54,069 nucleotides of DNA from Candidatus Parcubacteria bacterium (GCA_003599175.1 QZIY01000024.1:1-54069); one strand, 5' to 3'; shown: positions 18,759 to 27,993, numbered from the stretch's first letter. The notes: generated by a model from the letters alone, not told the origin. Program-made: numbers and translations.

Positions 18759-19298
18759 ATGCCAAATAATGTAATCAAAACAAGTTGGTACGTGATCACG
18801 GGAGGACCGAGCTCGGGCAAAACGACAACGGTCAATCTGCTCAAAGATCGAGGATACAAAACCACTATCGAGCATGCACGGCATTACATAGATACGCAGA
18901 AAATTGCCGGAAAAACAGTTGAGGAAATAAGAAAGAATCAACTTTCTTTTCAGCAAGGTATCCTCAATATGCAGACTGATCAAGAACAAGCACTTCCTTC
19001 CGATGAGACCATATTTCTTGATCGGGCGATACCGGATGCGCTTGCATACTATCGTTTTCTCAAGCTCCCCGAAGATGAAAAGTTGCAAAAGGCCATGCAC
19101 AAATTCTCATACAAGAAAGTGTTTGTTCTTGATCCACTCCCGTTGGTTAAAGATTATGCTCGCACCGAAGACGAAGCCGCGCAAAAAAATATCCATGTAT
19201 TACTTACGAATGTGTATGAGTCGCTTCAATACCCAGTTGTTCACGTACCAGTTCTGCCACCAGAAGAACGCGTCGACTTTATTTTGAAGAATCTCTAA
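18759..19298 (+). CDS. P-loop NTPase, AAA_28 (NadR/Ttd14-like)
   Basis: VITGGPSSGKTT, E.AR, FLDRAIPDALAY. Confidence 0.85.
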   Translation: MPNNVIKTSWYVITGGPSSGKTTTVNLLKDRGYKTTIEHARHYIDTQKIAGKTVEEIRKNQLSFQQGILNMQTDQEQALPSDETIFLDRAIPDALAYYRFLKLPEDEKLQKAMHKFSYKKVFVLDPLPLVKDYARTEDEAAQKNIHVLLTNVYESLQYPVVHVPVLPPEERVDFILKNL

Positions 19299-19304
19299 AA
19301 CAAT

Positions 19305-20162
19305 ATGACAAATCAAACTCAGTCAAAACAAATACGAATAGTGAAAGCCTCCGGGGAGACTGAGTTATTCAGCGAGTCGAAATTGCGATCCTCTCTCAAG
19401 CGGGCCGGTGCTTCGGAAGAAAGCATCGACGCGATAGTGCGCGATATCACCACAAGACTCCATGAAGGCATGACGACGAAAGATATATATTCTCGCGCAT
19501 TCTCTCACTTGCGCCGAAAGGAACGTCCGACTGCTGGCCGGTATCATTTGCGAATGGCGCTCATGGAACTTGGCCCTTCAGGTCATCCGTTTGAGAAATT
19601 TGTCGGTGCGCTTTTAGAATCCGAGGGGTTTTCAACCGAAGTGTCGGTTATAGCGCAAGGCAGGTGCGTCTCGCACGAACTCGATGTTGTCGGCCATAAG
19701 GGAGAGGAACACGTCATGGTCGAGTGCAAATACCATAATCAGTACGGCATCAAATCAGATGTAAAGATCGCCCTCTACGTGCAGGCGCGTTTCGAGGATA
19801 TAGAAAAGCGATGGAAAGCGGAGCCGGGGCATGGAACAAAATTGCACGCGGTCTGGCTCGTCACGAATACCAAGCTCACGACCGATGCGACGCGCTATGC
19901 CGAATGCGTCGGCATGCGTGCGCTTGGCTGGAGCTATCCGTCGATCGGCAGTCTCGAACAACTTATCGAGCGATACGGACTCCATCCCGTGACTTGCCTG
20001 ACGACGCTTAACCGCCTGCAAAAGCAGGAAATGATGCGACAAGGACTCGTATTGTGTAAAGACGTTTTGGAACAAGCAGATGTCCTGCGGAAAGTGGTCG
20101 GAAATCCTACACGTGCCGAGGATGTATTACAAGAGATACGCGACTTAACAAAAACTATATGA
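19305..20162 (+). CDS. ATP-cone + Mrr-like PD-(D/E)xK nuclease, copy 2 (285 aa)
   Basis: IVKASGETELFSESKLRSSL; GPSGHPFE, ELDVVG, MVECKYH. Confidence 0.85.
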   Translation: MTNQTQSKQIRIVKASGETELFSESKLRSSLKRAGASEESIDAIVRDITTRLHEGMTTKDIYSRAFSHLRRKERPTAGRYHLRMALMELGPSGHPFEKFVGALLESEGFSTEVSVIAQGRCVSHELDVVGHKGEEHVMVECKYHNQYGIKSDVKIALYVQARFEDIEKRWKAEPGHGTKLHAVWLVTNTKLTTDATRYAECVGMRALGWSYPSIGSLEQLIERYGLHPVTCLTTLNRLQKQEMMRQGLVLCKDVLEQADVLRKVVGNPTRAEDVLQEIRDLTKTI

Positions 20163-20410
20163 AAGAACAAGAACGGCGATCTCTAAATAATTTCATGCAG
20201 ATAGGGCTTGTGGGATTCACGATGCTCGGCTTTTTGCTCACGTCGCTCAAGCTTCCTCAATACGGAGTCATCTCGAACTTAATTTCGGAGGTCTTCTGGG
20301 TCTACAGTACCTATAAGGCCTGGAAGGAAGCGAACCAGATCGGCATGTTTGTTAATACTCTCATTGTGACCGCTATCCTCATTTTCGGCGTCATTAATTA
20401 TTGGCTTTAA
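20159..20410 (+). CDS. Small 3-TM membrane protein (paralog of 144..398)
   Basis: GFLLT..K.P.YG.ISNL..EVFW.Y..Y.AWKEA.Q.G shared with the 144..398 product. Confidence 0.8.
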   Translation: MKEQERRSLNNFMQIGLVGFTMLGFLLTSLKLPQYGVISNLISEVFWVYSTYKAWKEANQIGMFVNTLIVTAILIFGVINYWL

Positions 20411-20422
20411 TACTCACACTCT

Positions 20423-22651
20423 ATGAATCACGACCACAATTCAAAAGAAATTCTGTACACCTGCCCCATGCATCCGGAGGTGCAACAAGATAAACCTGGC
20501 TCATGCCCGAAGTGTGGCATGAGGCTTGTAAAAACTGAAGCAAAAACGGATCACAGCGCTCACGCCGGACATACAATGGGCGATCCGTCCAAGATGAGCT
20601 TCTGGGAAAGATTCAAAATGAGCATGTCTATGACGATGGGCATGGATCACACCGGACTGGCAGGTCGTGAGATGGCGCGACTCATGGAGATAGATATCCG
20701 AAACAAATTCTTTTTCGCACTTTTTCTTACGATCCCAATAATTCTCTATTCGCCTCTTGGCACCGAATTTCTAAAGCTCAACCTTCCTTCGCCAATTCCC
20801 GTTCCGTGGCTTCTCTTTATTTTAACCACGCCGGTATTCTTCTACTCTGGCTGGATTTTCCTCTATTCAACATACTTTGCTCTAAAAAATAAGCTGTTGA
20901 ACATGGCGGTGTTGATCGCCGTCGGCATTACTGCGGCCTATGGCTTCAGTGTTTTATTGACGCTGATCGGCAGTGCCGACTCGTACTACGAAGCGGCCGC
21001 CATGCTCATTACGTTCGTCTTGTTCGGCCACTGGATGGAGATGAAGTCTCGTCGCGGAACAACGGACGCACTTCAAGCCCTTTTCAATCTCGTACCGCCT
21101 CAAGCAAGAGTCTTCAAAGACGGCAAAGAGATGATGATTTCCACTTCCGATATACAACTCGGCGACATCATCATTCTTAAGCCGGGAGACAAAGTTCCCG
21201 TCGATGGAGAAATTACCGAGGGAGAAACTGCCATCGATGAATCCCTGGTTACCGGAGAGTCAATTCCGACTACTAAAAAGATCGGGGATCAAGTCATTGG
21301 CGGATCAATCAACACTGCCGGATCGGTAAAATTCAAAGCAACAAAAATCGGTAAGGACACCGCACTTGCGCGAATTGTGGCAATGGTAGAAGAAGCGCAG
21401 AACTCTAAAGCACCTGGACAAAGAATTGCGGATAAGTTTGCAAAGTACCTCGTCATTGGAGCCATAGGATCGGGGCTTCTTGTTTTTGGTATCTGGTACT
21501 TTGTGGCAGGTGCATCGCTTCTTGTCGCGCTGTCTTTTGCTATCGCAACAGTCGTCATCGCTTGTCCGGACGCTCTCGGACTCGCTACACCAACAGCCGT
21601 AGCCGTTGGGACCGGCCTCGGGGCTAAGCACAATATCCTCATTAAAGACGCTCCGACTCTTGAGCAGGTTTCAAAGATTCAAGCAATTGTCCTCGATAAA
21701 ACCGGCACGCTCACTGAAGGAAAACCGAAAGTTACCGACATAGCGACGGTGGATGGATACGACGCAGGCGAAGCACTTCGCTTGGTCGGCGCGGCTGAAG
21801 CGAAGTCGTCTCATCCTTTGGCCGGAGCGGTTCTCGATGAACTCAAAGTGCGAGGTCTCACACTGCCAGAGTCGGTTCTCAAATTTGAAAATCTTTCAGG
21901 TCTTGGAGTGAAAGCGGTCGTTGACGGAAAATCCGTACTTATCGGCACAGTGAGGCTGATGAAAGAAAGCAACATTACGCTCGGCACTTTGGATAAAAAG
22001 GTAAATGAGTTCTTAGAAAGAGGAGAGACGATCATGATACTCGCGGTTGATGGCGCTATTAAAGCTGTCATTGGCGCGGCTGATCCGATAAAGCCTAACG
22101 CCATAAAAGCAGTTGAGCGTTTGAAAGCGCTAGGAATCGAGATTGCCATGATCACCGGCGACAACAAAATGACCGCAGAAAAAGTAGCGAGTCAAATCGG
22201 TATAGAAAGAGTGTTTGCAGAAGTAATGCCTGCGGATAAAGCAAGCTATGTCAAAAAGCTCCAGCAAGAGGGTAAATTTACGGCGATGGTGGGAGACGGC
22301 GTAAACGACGCGCCAGCACTTGCCCAGTCTGATGTGGGCATTGCTATCGGCGCAGGCACGGACGTTGCGATAGAAACAGCAAAGGTCGTGCTGATGAAAT
22401 CTGATCCGTTAGACATACTGCGTGCAATAACCTTAAGCAAGGCAACGGTTCGCAAAATGAAGCAGAATCTTTTCTGGGCATCAATCTACAACATTCTCGC
22501 TATACCAGTTGCCGGTGGAATCTTGTATCCCAGCTTCGGTATCATGCTTCGTCCGGAATTTGCGGCACTTCTGATGAGCGTGTCCTCGATCATTGTTGCA
22601 GTAAATGCCGTATTATTAAAACGTGTCGAGAAAGATTTAATCACCCCATAA
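20423..22651 (+). CDS. copA: Heavy-metal (Cu) P1B-type ATPase
   Basis: YTCPMHPEV...CPKCGM N-domain, TGES, ACPDALGLATP, DKTGTLT, HP, GDGVNDAPAL, YN and MSVSS copper-type TM motifs. Confidence 0.93.
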   Translation: MNHDHNSKEILYTCPMHPEVQQDKPGSCPKCGMRLVKTEAKTDHSAHAGHTMGDPSKMSFWERFKMSMSMTMGMDHTGLAGREMARLMEIDIRNKFFFALFLTIPIILYSPLGTEFLKLNLPSPIPVPWLLFILTTPVFFYSGWIFLYSTYFALKNKLLNMAVLIAVGITAAYGFSVLLTLIGSADSYYEAAAMLITFVLFGHWMEMKSRRGTTDALQALFNLVPPQARVFKDGKEMMISTSDIQLGDIIILKPGDKVPVDGEITEGETAIDESLVTGESIPTTKKIGDQVIGGSINTAGSVKFKATKIGKDTALARIVAMVEEAQNSKAPGQRIADKFAKYLVIGAIGSGLLVFGIWYFVAGASLLVALSFAIATVVIACPDALGLATPTAVAVGTGLGAKHNILIKDAPTLEQVSKIQAIVLDKTGTLTEGKPKVTDIATVDGYDAGEALRLVGAAEAKSSHPLAGAVLDELKVRGLTLPESVLKFENLSGLGVKAVVDGKSVLIGTVRLMKESNITLGTLDKKVNEFLERGETIMILAVDGAIKAVIGAADPIKPNAIKAVERLKALGIEIAMITGDNKMTAEKVASQIGIERVFAEVMPADKASYVKKLQQEGKFTAMVGDGVNDAPALAQSDVGIAIGAGTDVAIETAKVVLMKSDPLDILRAITLSKATVRKMKQNLFWASIYNILAIPVAGGILYPSFGIMLRPEFAALLMSVSSIIVAVNAVLLKRVEKDLITP

Positions 22652-22655
22652 ATAT

Positions 22656-23315
22656 ATGTGTTTCTCAGCAACAGCAAGTTTGGTAGCAGGTGGAGCGCTT
22701 AGTGCGGTCGGAGTGGTGACCACTGCGAAAGCAAAGACCAAAAAGGAGTTGCCTTTTGCAATGGTGCCGCTCTTGTTCGGCATTCAACAACTGACCGAAG
22801 GGTTCGTGTGGCTGTCTTTCAGCTGGAATGCGGCAACTCTCAATCTCATCACGACATACATCTTTTCGCTGTTCGCATTCGTAGTCTGGCCTGTCTATGT
22901 GCCATTTGCGGTTGGACTCATGGAGACGGTGCCGTGGCGAAAGAAAGCAATCTACGCCTGCCAGATTGCAGGTCTTGCCGTTGGTGCATACCTGCTGTAC
23001 TCACACACGGCAAGTCTGGTTATTTCAGAGATCATTGGCAGGCATGTTGTCTACAGTAATTCTCACTTCTATCAATTTGCAGTAATGGTGCTGTATTTTG
23101 CGGCGACGATCGTGAGCTGTCTTTTCTCAAGCAAGAGGATAATTAGAGTGTTCGGTGTTTGCGCCTTCCTTCTTGCGATGGTGGCGGCATGGTTCTACAC
23201 GCAAGCCTTCGTGTCGGTTTGGTGTTTCTTTGCGGCAGTCTTGAGCTTTATCGTGTTCTGGCATTTCCGAAGTAACCCTATTACTGAAAGAGTCGACCCT
23301 AAATTAAAACTGTAA
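22656..23315 (+). CDS. Multi-TM membrane protein (DUF6629-like)
   Basis: MCFSATAS, PLLFGIQQL.EG.VW, F.SVWCFFAA. Confidence 0.75.
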   Translation: MCFSATASLVAGGALSAVGVVTTAKAKTKKELPFAMVPLLFGIQQLTEGFVWLSFSWNAATLNLITTYIFSLFAFVVWPVYVPFAVGLMETVPWRKKAIYACQIAGLAVGAYLLYSHTASLVISEIIGRHVVYSNSHFYQFAVMVLYFAATIVSCLFSSKRIIRVFGVCAFLLAMVAAWFYTQAFVSVWCFFAAVLSFIVFWHFRSNPITERVDPKLKL

Positions 23316-23321
23316 TTAACT

Positions 23322-23717
23322 ATGACTAAAAAACTCCAACAACTATTTCTGATCTCTATTCCGCTGTTTATCATTCACGGCTTGGAAGAGATTTTTATGG
23401 GTTTCTATAATATCGACTCCCAAGTAGATTTTTGGTTCGGTAATTTAAATTCTCTGCCTACTTCGCAAGCAACTTTTATTCTGTTCCAGATCATGATATG
23501 GCTCATGCTTATAGTTGCGTATCTACTTTTGCTTGGCCCCAAATGGCAACTACGGCTGATGTTCATCCCAGGAATTATCTTTGTGTATGAATTGCATCAC
23601 CTGTATAAAGCGGTTGAGGTTGGCGGTTATTATCCGGGACTTATCACCGCTATACCGCTTTACATAGTCGGGTTCCTTTTCTGGAAAGAATTAGTAAAAA
23701 ATTATAAATTAACATAA
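23322..23717 (+). CDS. HXXEE-domain membrane protein
   Basis: HGLEE, H, YYPGLITA. Confidence 0.8.
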   Translation: MTKKLQQLFLISIPLFIIHGLEEIFMGFYNIDSQVDFWFGNLNSLPTSQATFILFQIMIWLMLIVAYLLLLGPKWQLRLMFIPGIIFVYELHHLYKAVEVGGYYPGLITAIPLYIVGFLFWKELVKNYKLT

Positions 23718-23725
23718 TCAATCAT

Positions 23726-25330
23726 ATGAAAAATAAACTAATCGTTGGAGTCATTGCAGTCGTAGTCGTGATCGGTGGGATTGTCCTCCTGCAACAGTCA
23801 GGCACGGGGAATAAAGTGTTAGCTGGTAGTTTCTCAACTGACATCACTGGTCTCCCAGAAGCAATCTCATCAGAGATGGTCGAACTTAAAAATGGCGATA
23901 CCTACGACCTCACGGCTTCGATCGTAAAGAAAACGATCGGCAACAGCGTGGTCAAGATGCTCGCATATAACGGCATGATTCCGGGACCTATGATTAAAGT
24001 GCAACAAGGTGCGGAAGTGACACTTAATTTCACCAACAACACTGACGTCGATACGACGATTCACTCTCACGGAGTACGGCTAGAGAATAAGTTTGATGGT
24101 GTACCCGACATGACACAGAAAGAGGTCAAGCCAGGAGAGTCTTTCACGTACAAAGTGAAGTTTCCTGACGAGGGTATGTATTGGTATCACCCTCACATTC
24201 GAGAGGACTACGCGCAAGAACTTGGTCTCTACGGTAACTACCTTGTTACTCCCAACGATCCGAATTACTGGTCTCCGGTCAATCGTGAAGTCGCATTATT
24301 TGTAGACGATATTCTCATCGAAAATGGCAAGATTGCGACGTTCAGTAAAGTGTCCGCTGACCGTACTCTTATGGGCCGGTTTGGCAATACCATGCTCGTA
24401 AACGGTGAGACAGATTACGCACTTAAAGCAAAAGCAGGAGAGGTGATCCGTTTCTATATCACCAACTCGGCAAATACTAGAGTATTTAATCTTTCTATCC
24501 CCGGCGCAAAAATGAAGCTTGTGGGAGCTGATGGTGGTAAGTATGAACGCGAAACGTGGAGCGACGGCGTGATATTAAGTCCTTCTGAACGTGCCGTTGT
24601 TGAAGTGCTGTTTGCAAGTGCCGGATCATACAAGCTCGAGCATAAGACTCCGGATCGTACCTATACCCTTGGAACGATTGCCGTTGCGAATGAAAAAATT
24701 GAGACTTCTTTTGAGAAAGAATTTCTCACGCTTCGCTCAAATAAGGATATCCAATCAGAAATTGATGCCTTCAGGTCGTCCTTCAGTAAACCTGCAGACA
24801 AACGATTAAAGCTCACGATTGATATGGGCATGGATATGCAGGGCATGATGCAAAACAATACTGGTGGTCACAATATGAACATGATGGGCGGTGGAGAGAT
24901 GATGTCCAACAGTGAAATGGTGGCAAGCGGCGATCCTATTGAGTGGGAAGAAAACAATACGGCAATGAATACGATGTCTAACCCCGAAATGATGAAGTGG
25001 GTTATCCAAGACGAGGACACCGGTAAGAAAAACATGGATATTGATTGGAAATTCAAGGTCGGCGATAAGGTAAAAATTAAAATAACCAACGACCCGAAAT
25101 CCATGCATCCGATGCAACATCCGATCCACTTTCATGGTCAGCGATTCTTAGTGCTTTCTACCAACGGCAAACCTAGTGACAATCTTGTCTGGAAAGATAC
25201 GACCCTCATTCAAAACGGCGATACCGTGGAGATCCTTGTAGAAATGACCAATCCCGGCGAATGGATGGCACACTGTCATATCGCCGAGCACTTGGAGGCC
25301 AGCATGATGTTTGGCTTCAAGGTCGAGTAA
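23726..25330 (+). CDS. Multicopper oxidase
   Basis: HSHG, WYHPH, HPIHFHG, HCHIAEHLEASM copper ligands; Met-rich insert. Confidence 0.95.
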   Translation: MKNKLIVGVIAVVVVIGGIVLLQQSGTGNKVLAGSFSTDITGLPEAISSEMVELKNGDTYDLTASIVKKTIGNSVVKMLAYNGMIPGPMIKVQQGAEVTLNFTNNTDVDTTIHSHGVRLENKFDGVPDMTQKEVKPGESFTYKVKFPDEGMYWYHPHIREDYAQELGLYGNYLVTPNDPNYWSPVNREVALFVDDILIENGKIATFSKVSADRTLMGRFGNTMLVNGETDYALKAKAGEVIRFYITNSANTRVFNLSIPGAKMKLVGADGGKYERETWSDGVILSPSERAVVEVLFASAGSYKLEHKTPDRTYTLGTIAVANEKIETSFEKEFLTLRSNKDIQSEIDAFRSSFSKPADKRLKLTIDMGMDMQGMMQNNTGGHNMNMMGGGEMMSNSEMVASGDPIEWEENNTAMNTMSNPEMMKWVIQDEDTGKKNMDIDWKFKVGDKVKIKITNDPKSMHPMQHPIHFHGQRFLVLSTNGKPSDNLVWKDTTLIQNGDTVEILVEMTNPGEWMAHCHIAEHLEASMMFGFKVE

Positions 25331-25359
25331 AAGCTCGTCACAGGGGCAAACAGGTGGCA

Positions 25360-25386
25360 AAAAGGGGCTTACAAAGGCTCCTTTTT
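25360..25386. terminator. Probable terminator between convergent genes
   Basis: AAAAGGGGC...GCTCCTTTTT stem with A/T tails. Confidence 0.55.
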
Positions 25387-25406
25387 GCTTTGAGTGTTTA
25401 TAAGAA

Positions 25407-25718
25407 CTAGCAGTGTTGAGCTAGGACAGTGATACATTCATGGATGTGCGGTAGGCATACCAGACAATGAGCCACCGGTAATTGATTAAAGAAACCAAAA
25501 ATAATGGGCAATTTCCTTAGTTTCGGTTTCTTCTCCTGCAGATATCTTTCGGCAGGCTTTATAATGACCTCAATTTTTGTCCGTACTTCTATTTCAAGGA
25601 GTTTCTGACAGCTCGGGCAACGCATCGTAAACGAGGCATTGGAATTGAACGCTCCATTTTTGAAGATAATATTAGTGCAATGAGGGCAATTGCCTATATT
25701 CAACTGATCTTGATCCAT
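25407..25718 (-). CDS. Small Zn-ribbon protein (Mu Com-like CxxC-x-CxxC)
   Basis: CPHC...MRCPSC. Confidence 0.55.
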   Translation of the reverse strand: MDQDQLNIGNCPHCTNIIFKNGAFNSNASFTMRCPSCQKLLEIEVRTKIEVIIKPAERYLQEKKPKLRKLPIIFGFFNQLPVAHCLVCLPHIHECITVLAQHC

Positions 25719-25844
25719 AGATGGTGCTGGAGGTTTCTTGGGCTGGTGGTTGGTTGTGAAGCTTCAGAAATCCTCGATCATGGTTAATTAATAAATCGTT
25801 TCGCTGTCCTGGGTCGACCACCTCCCGGACAGCTAACGGGCAAA

Positions 25845-26378
25845 TTAGGTGTCATCCATTGCCTTTCGTTTCGAGCCAGTCATCGACATCTTGTCGACCA
25901 GCACTTTTTTCATTTCCTCCAAGTTATCCACAGTTTTTTGATCACGAGCGTAATTCTTTTTATTTAAGTCTTTTTCTTTATTCTTGTTAGTAATTCCGGC
26001 TGACTGATCTGACCGGTCTGTGTGACCGATGTGCCGGTCTGACTGACCGATCTGATTTGGGGTCGGTCTGTGTGACCGATCTAGTTTTAAGAGGTAGTAC
26101 AGGTTGTGGTATCGTTGTCGGCCTTTGCGAATGAGATTCAGTTTTATAAGTTGCCGGATGCCTCTTTGCACGCTCGAGATGCTGGCTCCTATTTTGTTGG
26201 CAATGTGCTTGTGTGATGGAAAACAAAAACCCTCCTGATTAGCATGTGCCGCCAGGCAGTTATAAATTGCGATGCCGATCGGCTTGAGTCTTTGGCCATA
26301 TTCCTCGAGGAGTGCTTTGTTGACCCAGTACCAATCGCCATTTCTTAAATCTCTAACTTTTATTTTTTCATCAGACAT
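25845..26378 (-). CDS. Winged-HTH (HTH_36-like) phage/satellite-type replication protein
   Basis: AIYNCLA.HA...G.CFPS...IA..IG.S.SSV.RGI..L; low-complexity linker encodes iterons; start MSDEK. Confidence 0.75.
   Translation of the reverse strand: MSDEKIKVRDLRNGDWYWVNKALLEEYGQRLKPIGIAIYNCLAAHANQEGFCFPSHKHIANKIGASISSVQRGIRQLIKLNLIRKGRQRYHNLYYLLKLDRSHRPTPNQIGQSDRHIGHTDRSDQSAGITNKNKEKDLNKKNYARDQKTVDNLEEMKKVLVDKMSMTGSKRKAMDDT
25924..26080. repeat. Putative replication origin: DnaA box, AT-rich tract, three 17-bp palindromic iterons
   Basis: TTATCCACA 25924-25932; AT-rich 25951-25995; CGGTCTG(TG/AC)TGACCGAT at 26014-26030, 26035-26051, 26064-26080. Confidence 0.7.
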
Positions 26379-26570
26379 GGCAACGAATAATAAAGGCGAC
26401 TGGTTGACCAGACCGCGCCTTATTCCTCCCATCACCGTCTGGCGCCATTGAGGGGAGAGTAAGACGCCGTCTACCATTCTTTTGCTTTGGGTAGTGCCCG
26501 GTCGATGTTGTCCATCGCTCGACAGAAGTCTCGTCGCATAGTTGGATTTTCAAGTTCCCGGATGGTGAAA

Positions 26571-26849
26571 TTAGTCAGCAGACTCTCCCGTCTCCAAAGA
26601 AGTTCCTTCCTCGTCGGCGGCTTCCGAGTTATCCGTTTCCACATCGTCCGGATAAGTCTCTTGATCAGGATTTTCGTTCTCATGTTTTTTGATTTGATCC
26701 ATGTGATCCAATAGCATGAACGCCATGCGCTTAAAGCCAGCATGGACTTTCCAAACTTCTTGTCGGGAAGGCTCTCGGCCGAGAACGTCGGTGAGAGCAT
26801 TGCGAGTAAGCTCAACAAGAGCTTCCTCATCTTTGTTTGGTTTGGACAT
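26571..26849 (-). CDS. Hypothetical protein with acidic tail
   Basis: ORF in the cro-rep transcription unit. Confidence 0.55.
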   Translation of the reverse strand: MSKPNKDEEALVELTRNALTDVLGREPSRQEVWKVHAGFKRMAFMLLDHMDQIKKHENENPDQETYPDDVETDNSEAADEEGTSLETGESAD

Positions 26850-26907
26850 GCGGTGGTTTGGTTCATAGAAGTGACCTCACACTTTTTTGATCCACCCTGC
26901 CTTACGA

Positions 26908-27114
26908 CTAAGGCAAGAAAACTTCCTCTACTCTGACTCCGAGAGCCAAAGCGATCCGCTGGGCTGTTTCGAGATTCGGACGCTTCCGTCCTGTCTCGTA
27001 CCGGCTGATCGCAGTGTTATGCCTAAAACCAAGGATTCGGGCTAGCTGGTATTGCGTTAGCCCTTTCTTGATTCGAAGGTCACGGAGTTTTATATTCACT
27101 GGTGATTTGTTCAT
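26908..27114 (-). CDS. Cro-like XRE HTH regulator
   Basis: LRDLRIKKGLTQYQLARILG...AISRYETG.KRPNL....IA.AL; divergent from CI-like gene. Confidence 0.88.
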   Translation of the reverse strand: MNKSPVNIKLRDLRIKKGLTQYQLARILGFRHNTAISRYETGRKRPNLETAQRIALALGVRVEEVFLP

Positions 27115-27142
27115 ATGTTTAACTTTTAGACCCCTACAGTCA

Positions 27143-27259
27143 TATTAAGCAATTTTGCTTAATAGGTCAATATATTAGCATGTGGATAAGCAAAGTTGCT
27201 TAATATTTACTAATTTGCTATAGTTAAGCAATCAAGGTCGTCATTAATCGCTTAAGCAA
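27143..27259. promoter_or_regulatory. Operator array of the CI/Cro switch (TAAGCAA-NN-TTGCTTA)
   Basis: Palindromes at 27143-27164 and 27187-27202; half-sites at 27225-27231 and 27253-27259; DnaA box 27181-27189. Confidence 0.75.
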
Positions 27260-27270
27260 AATCAACGAAT

Positions 27271-27987
27271 ATGTCATTTGGTTCATATCTAAAAAAACAA
27301 AGGGAATCGAATAATTGGACTATAAAAGAGCTGGCCGAACGGCTCGGTTTTTCGTCGAGCTACATCAGCCAGCTGGAGAATGGAGCTCGCATCCCGTCCC
27401 AAAAACAGCTGGCCATTTTTGCTAAGGCTTACCAACTCCCCGAGGAGGAAGTCAGGAAGCAGTGGACGGAGGGAAAGATCCAACAGGTCAGTAAGGACGG
27501 TAATTACAAATTTGGCATCACAGATGCCGGTGATAAGCGTGTACACGAAGTCGCCAATAAACTCGAAGAGGGATTGGAGGAATTAAAAAAAAGTTTTTCC
27601 GGTGACGGCCATTTTAAATTGCCAGTACTCGTAGCAATTCCTATTGATGATCTCGATGGTCATCTGAGTCGAACGAGTGACTTTGTGTTATTGCCAAAAG
27701 ATAACGTCATACCGGGTCACCGAGTATTTGGACTGCGTGTGTCCGATCTGACGCTCCCCGATGCCGGCATTCTTTCCGGAGACTTCATCATTCTCGATGC
27801 AGACATTCCTGCAAAGAATGGCGACATCGTGATCATGAGTACACCGGATGGTCTGGTCATGAGTTATTACCAAGAACGGGGCGATCACCTCGAACTTCGG
27901 CCGGAGAGAGATGGTTTCAAAAAGACCTACCATCTCCAAGAAAGCAAAATGATAGGTCGTCTGGTCTATCACATAAAAAAATACTAA
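27271..27987 (+). CDS. CI/LexA-like repressor (XRE HTH + degenerate S24 domain)
   Basis: N-terminal HTH (ELAERLGFSSSYISQLENG); C-terminal S24-like fold without recognisable GDSM/TxK catalytic motifs. Confidence 0.82.
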   Translation: MSFGSYLKKQRESNNWTIKELAERLGFSSSYISQLENGARIPSQKQLAIFAKAYQLPEEEVRKQWTEGKIQQVSKDGNYKFGITDAGDKRVHEVANKLEEGLEELKKSFSGDGHFKLPVLVAIPIDDLDGHLSRTSDFVLLPKDNVIPGHRVFGLRVSDLTLPDAGILSGDFIILDADIPAKNGDIVIMSTPDGLVMSYYQERGDHLELRPERDGFKKTYHLQESKMIGRLVYHIKKY

Positions 27988-27993
27988 TCGCCA

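Noticed and set aside
25924..25932. Chromosomal oriC
   Set aside because: Single box inside a mobile-element gene; no dnaA/dnaN or box cluster.
26471..26866. 131-aa ORF overlapping 26571..26849
   Set aside because: Alternate frame with no recognisable features; the 92-aa frame was preferred, though this is not certain.
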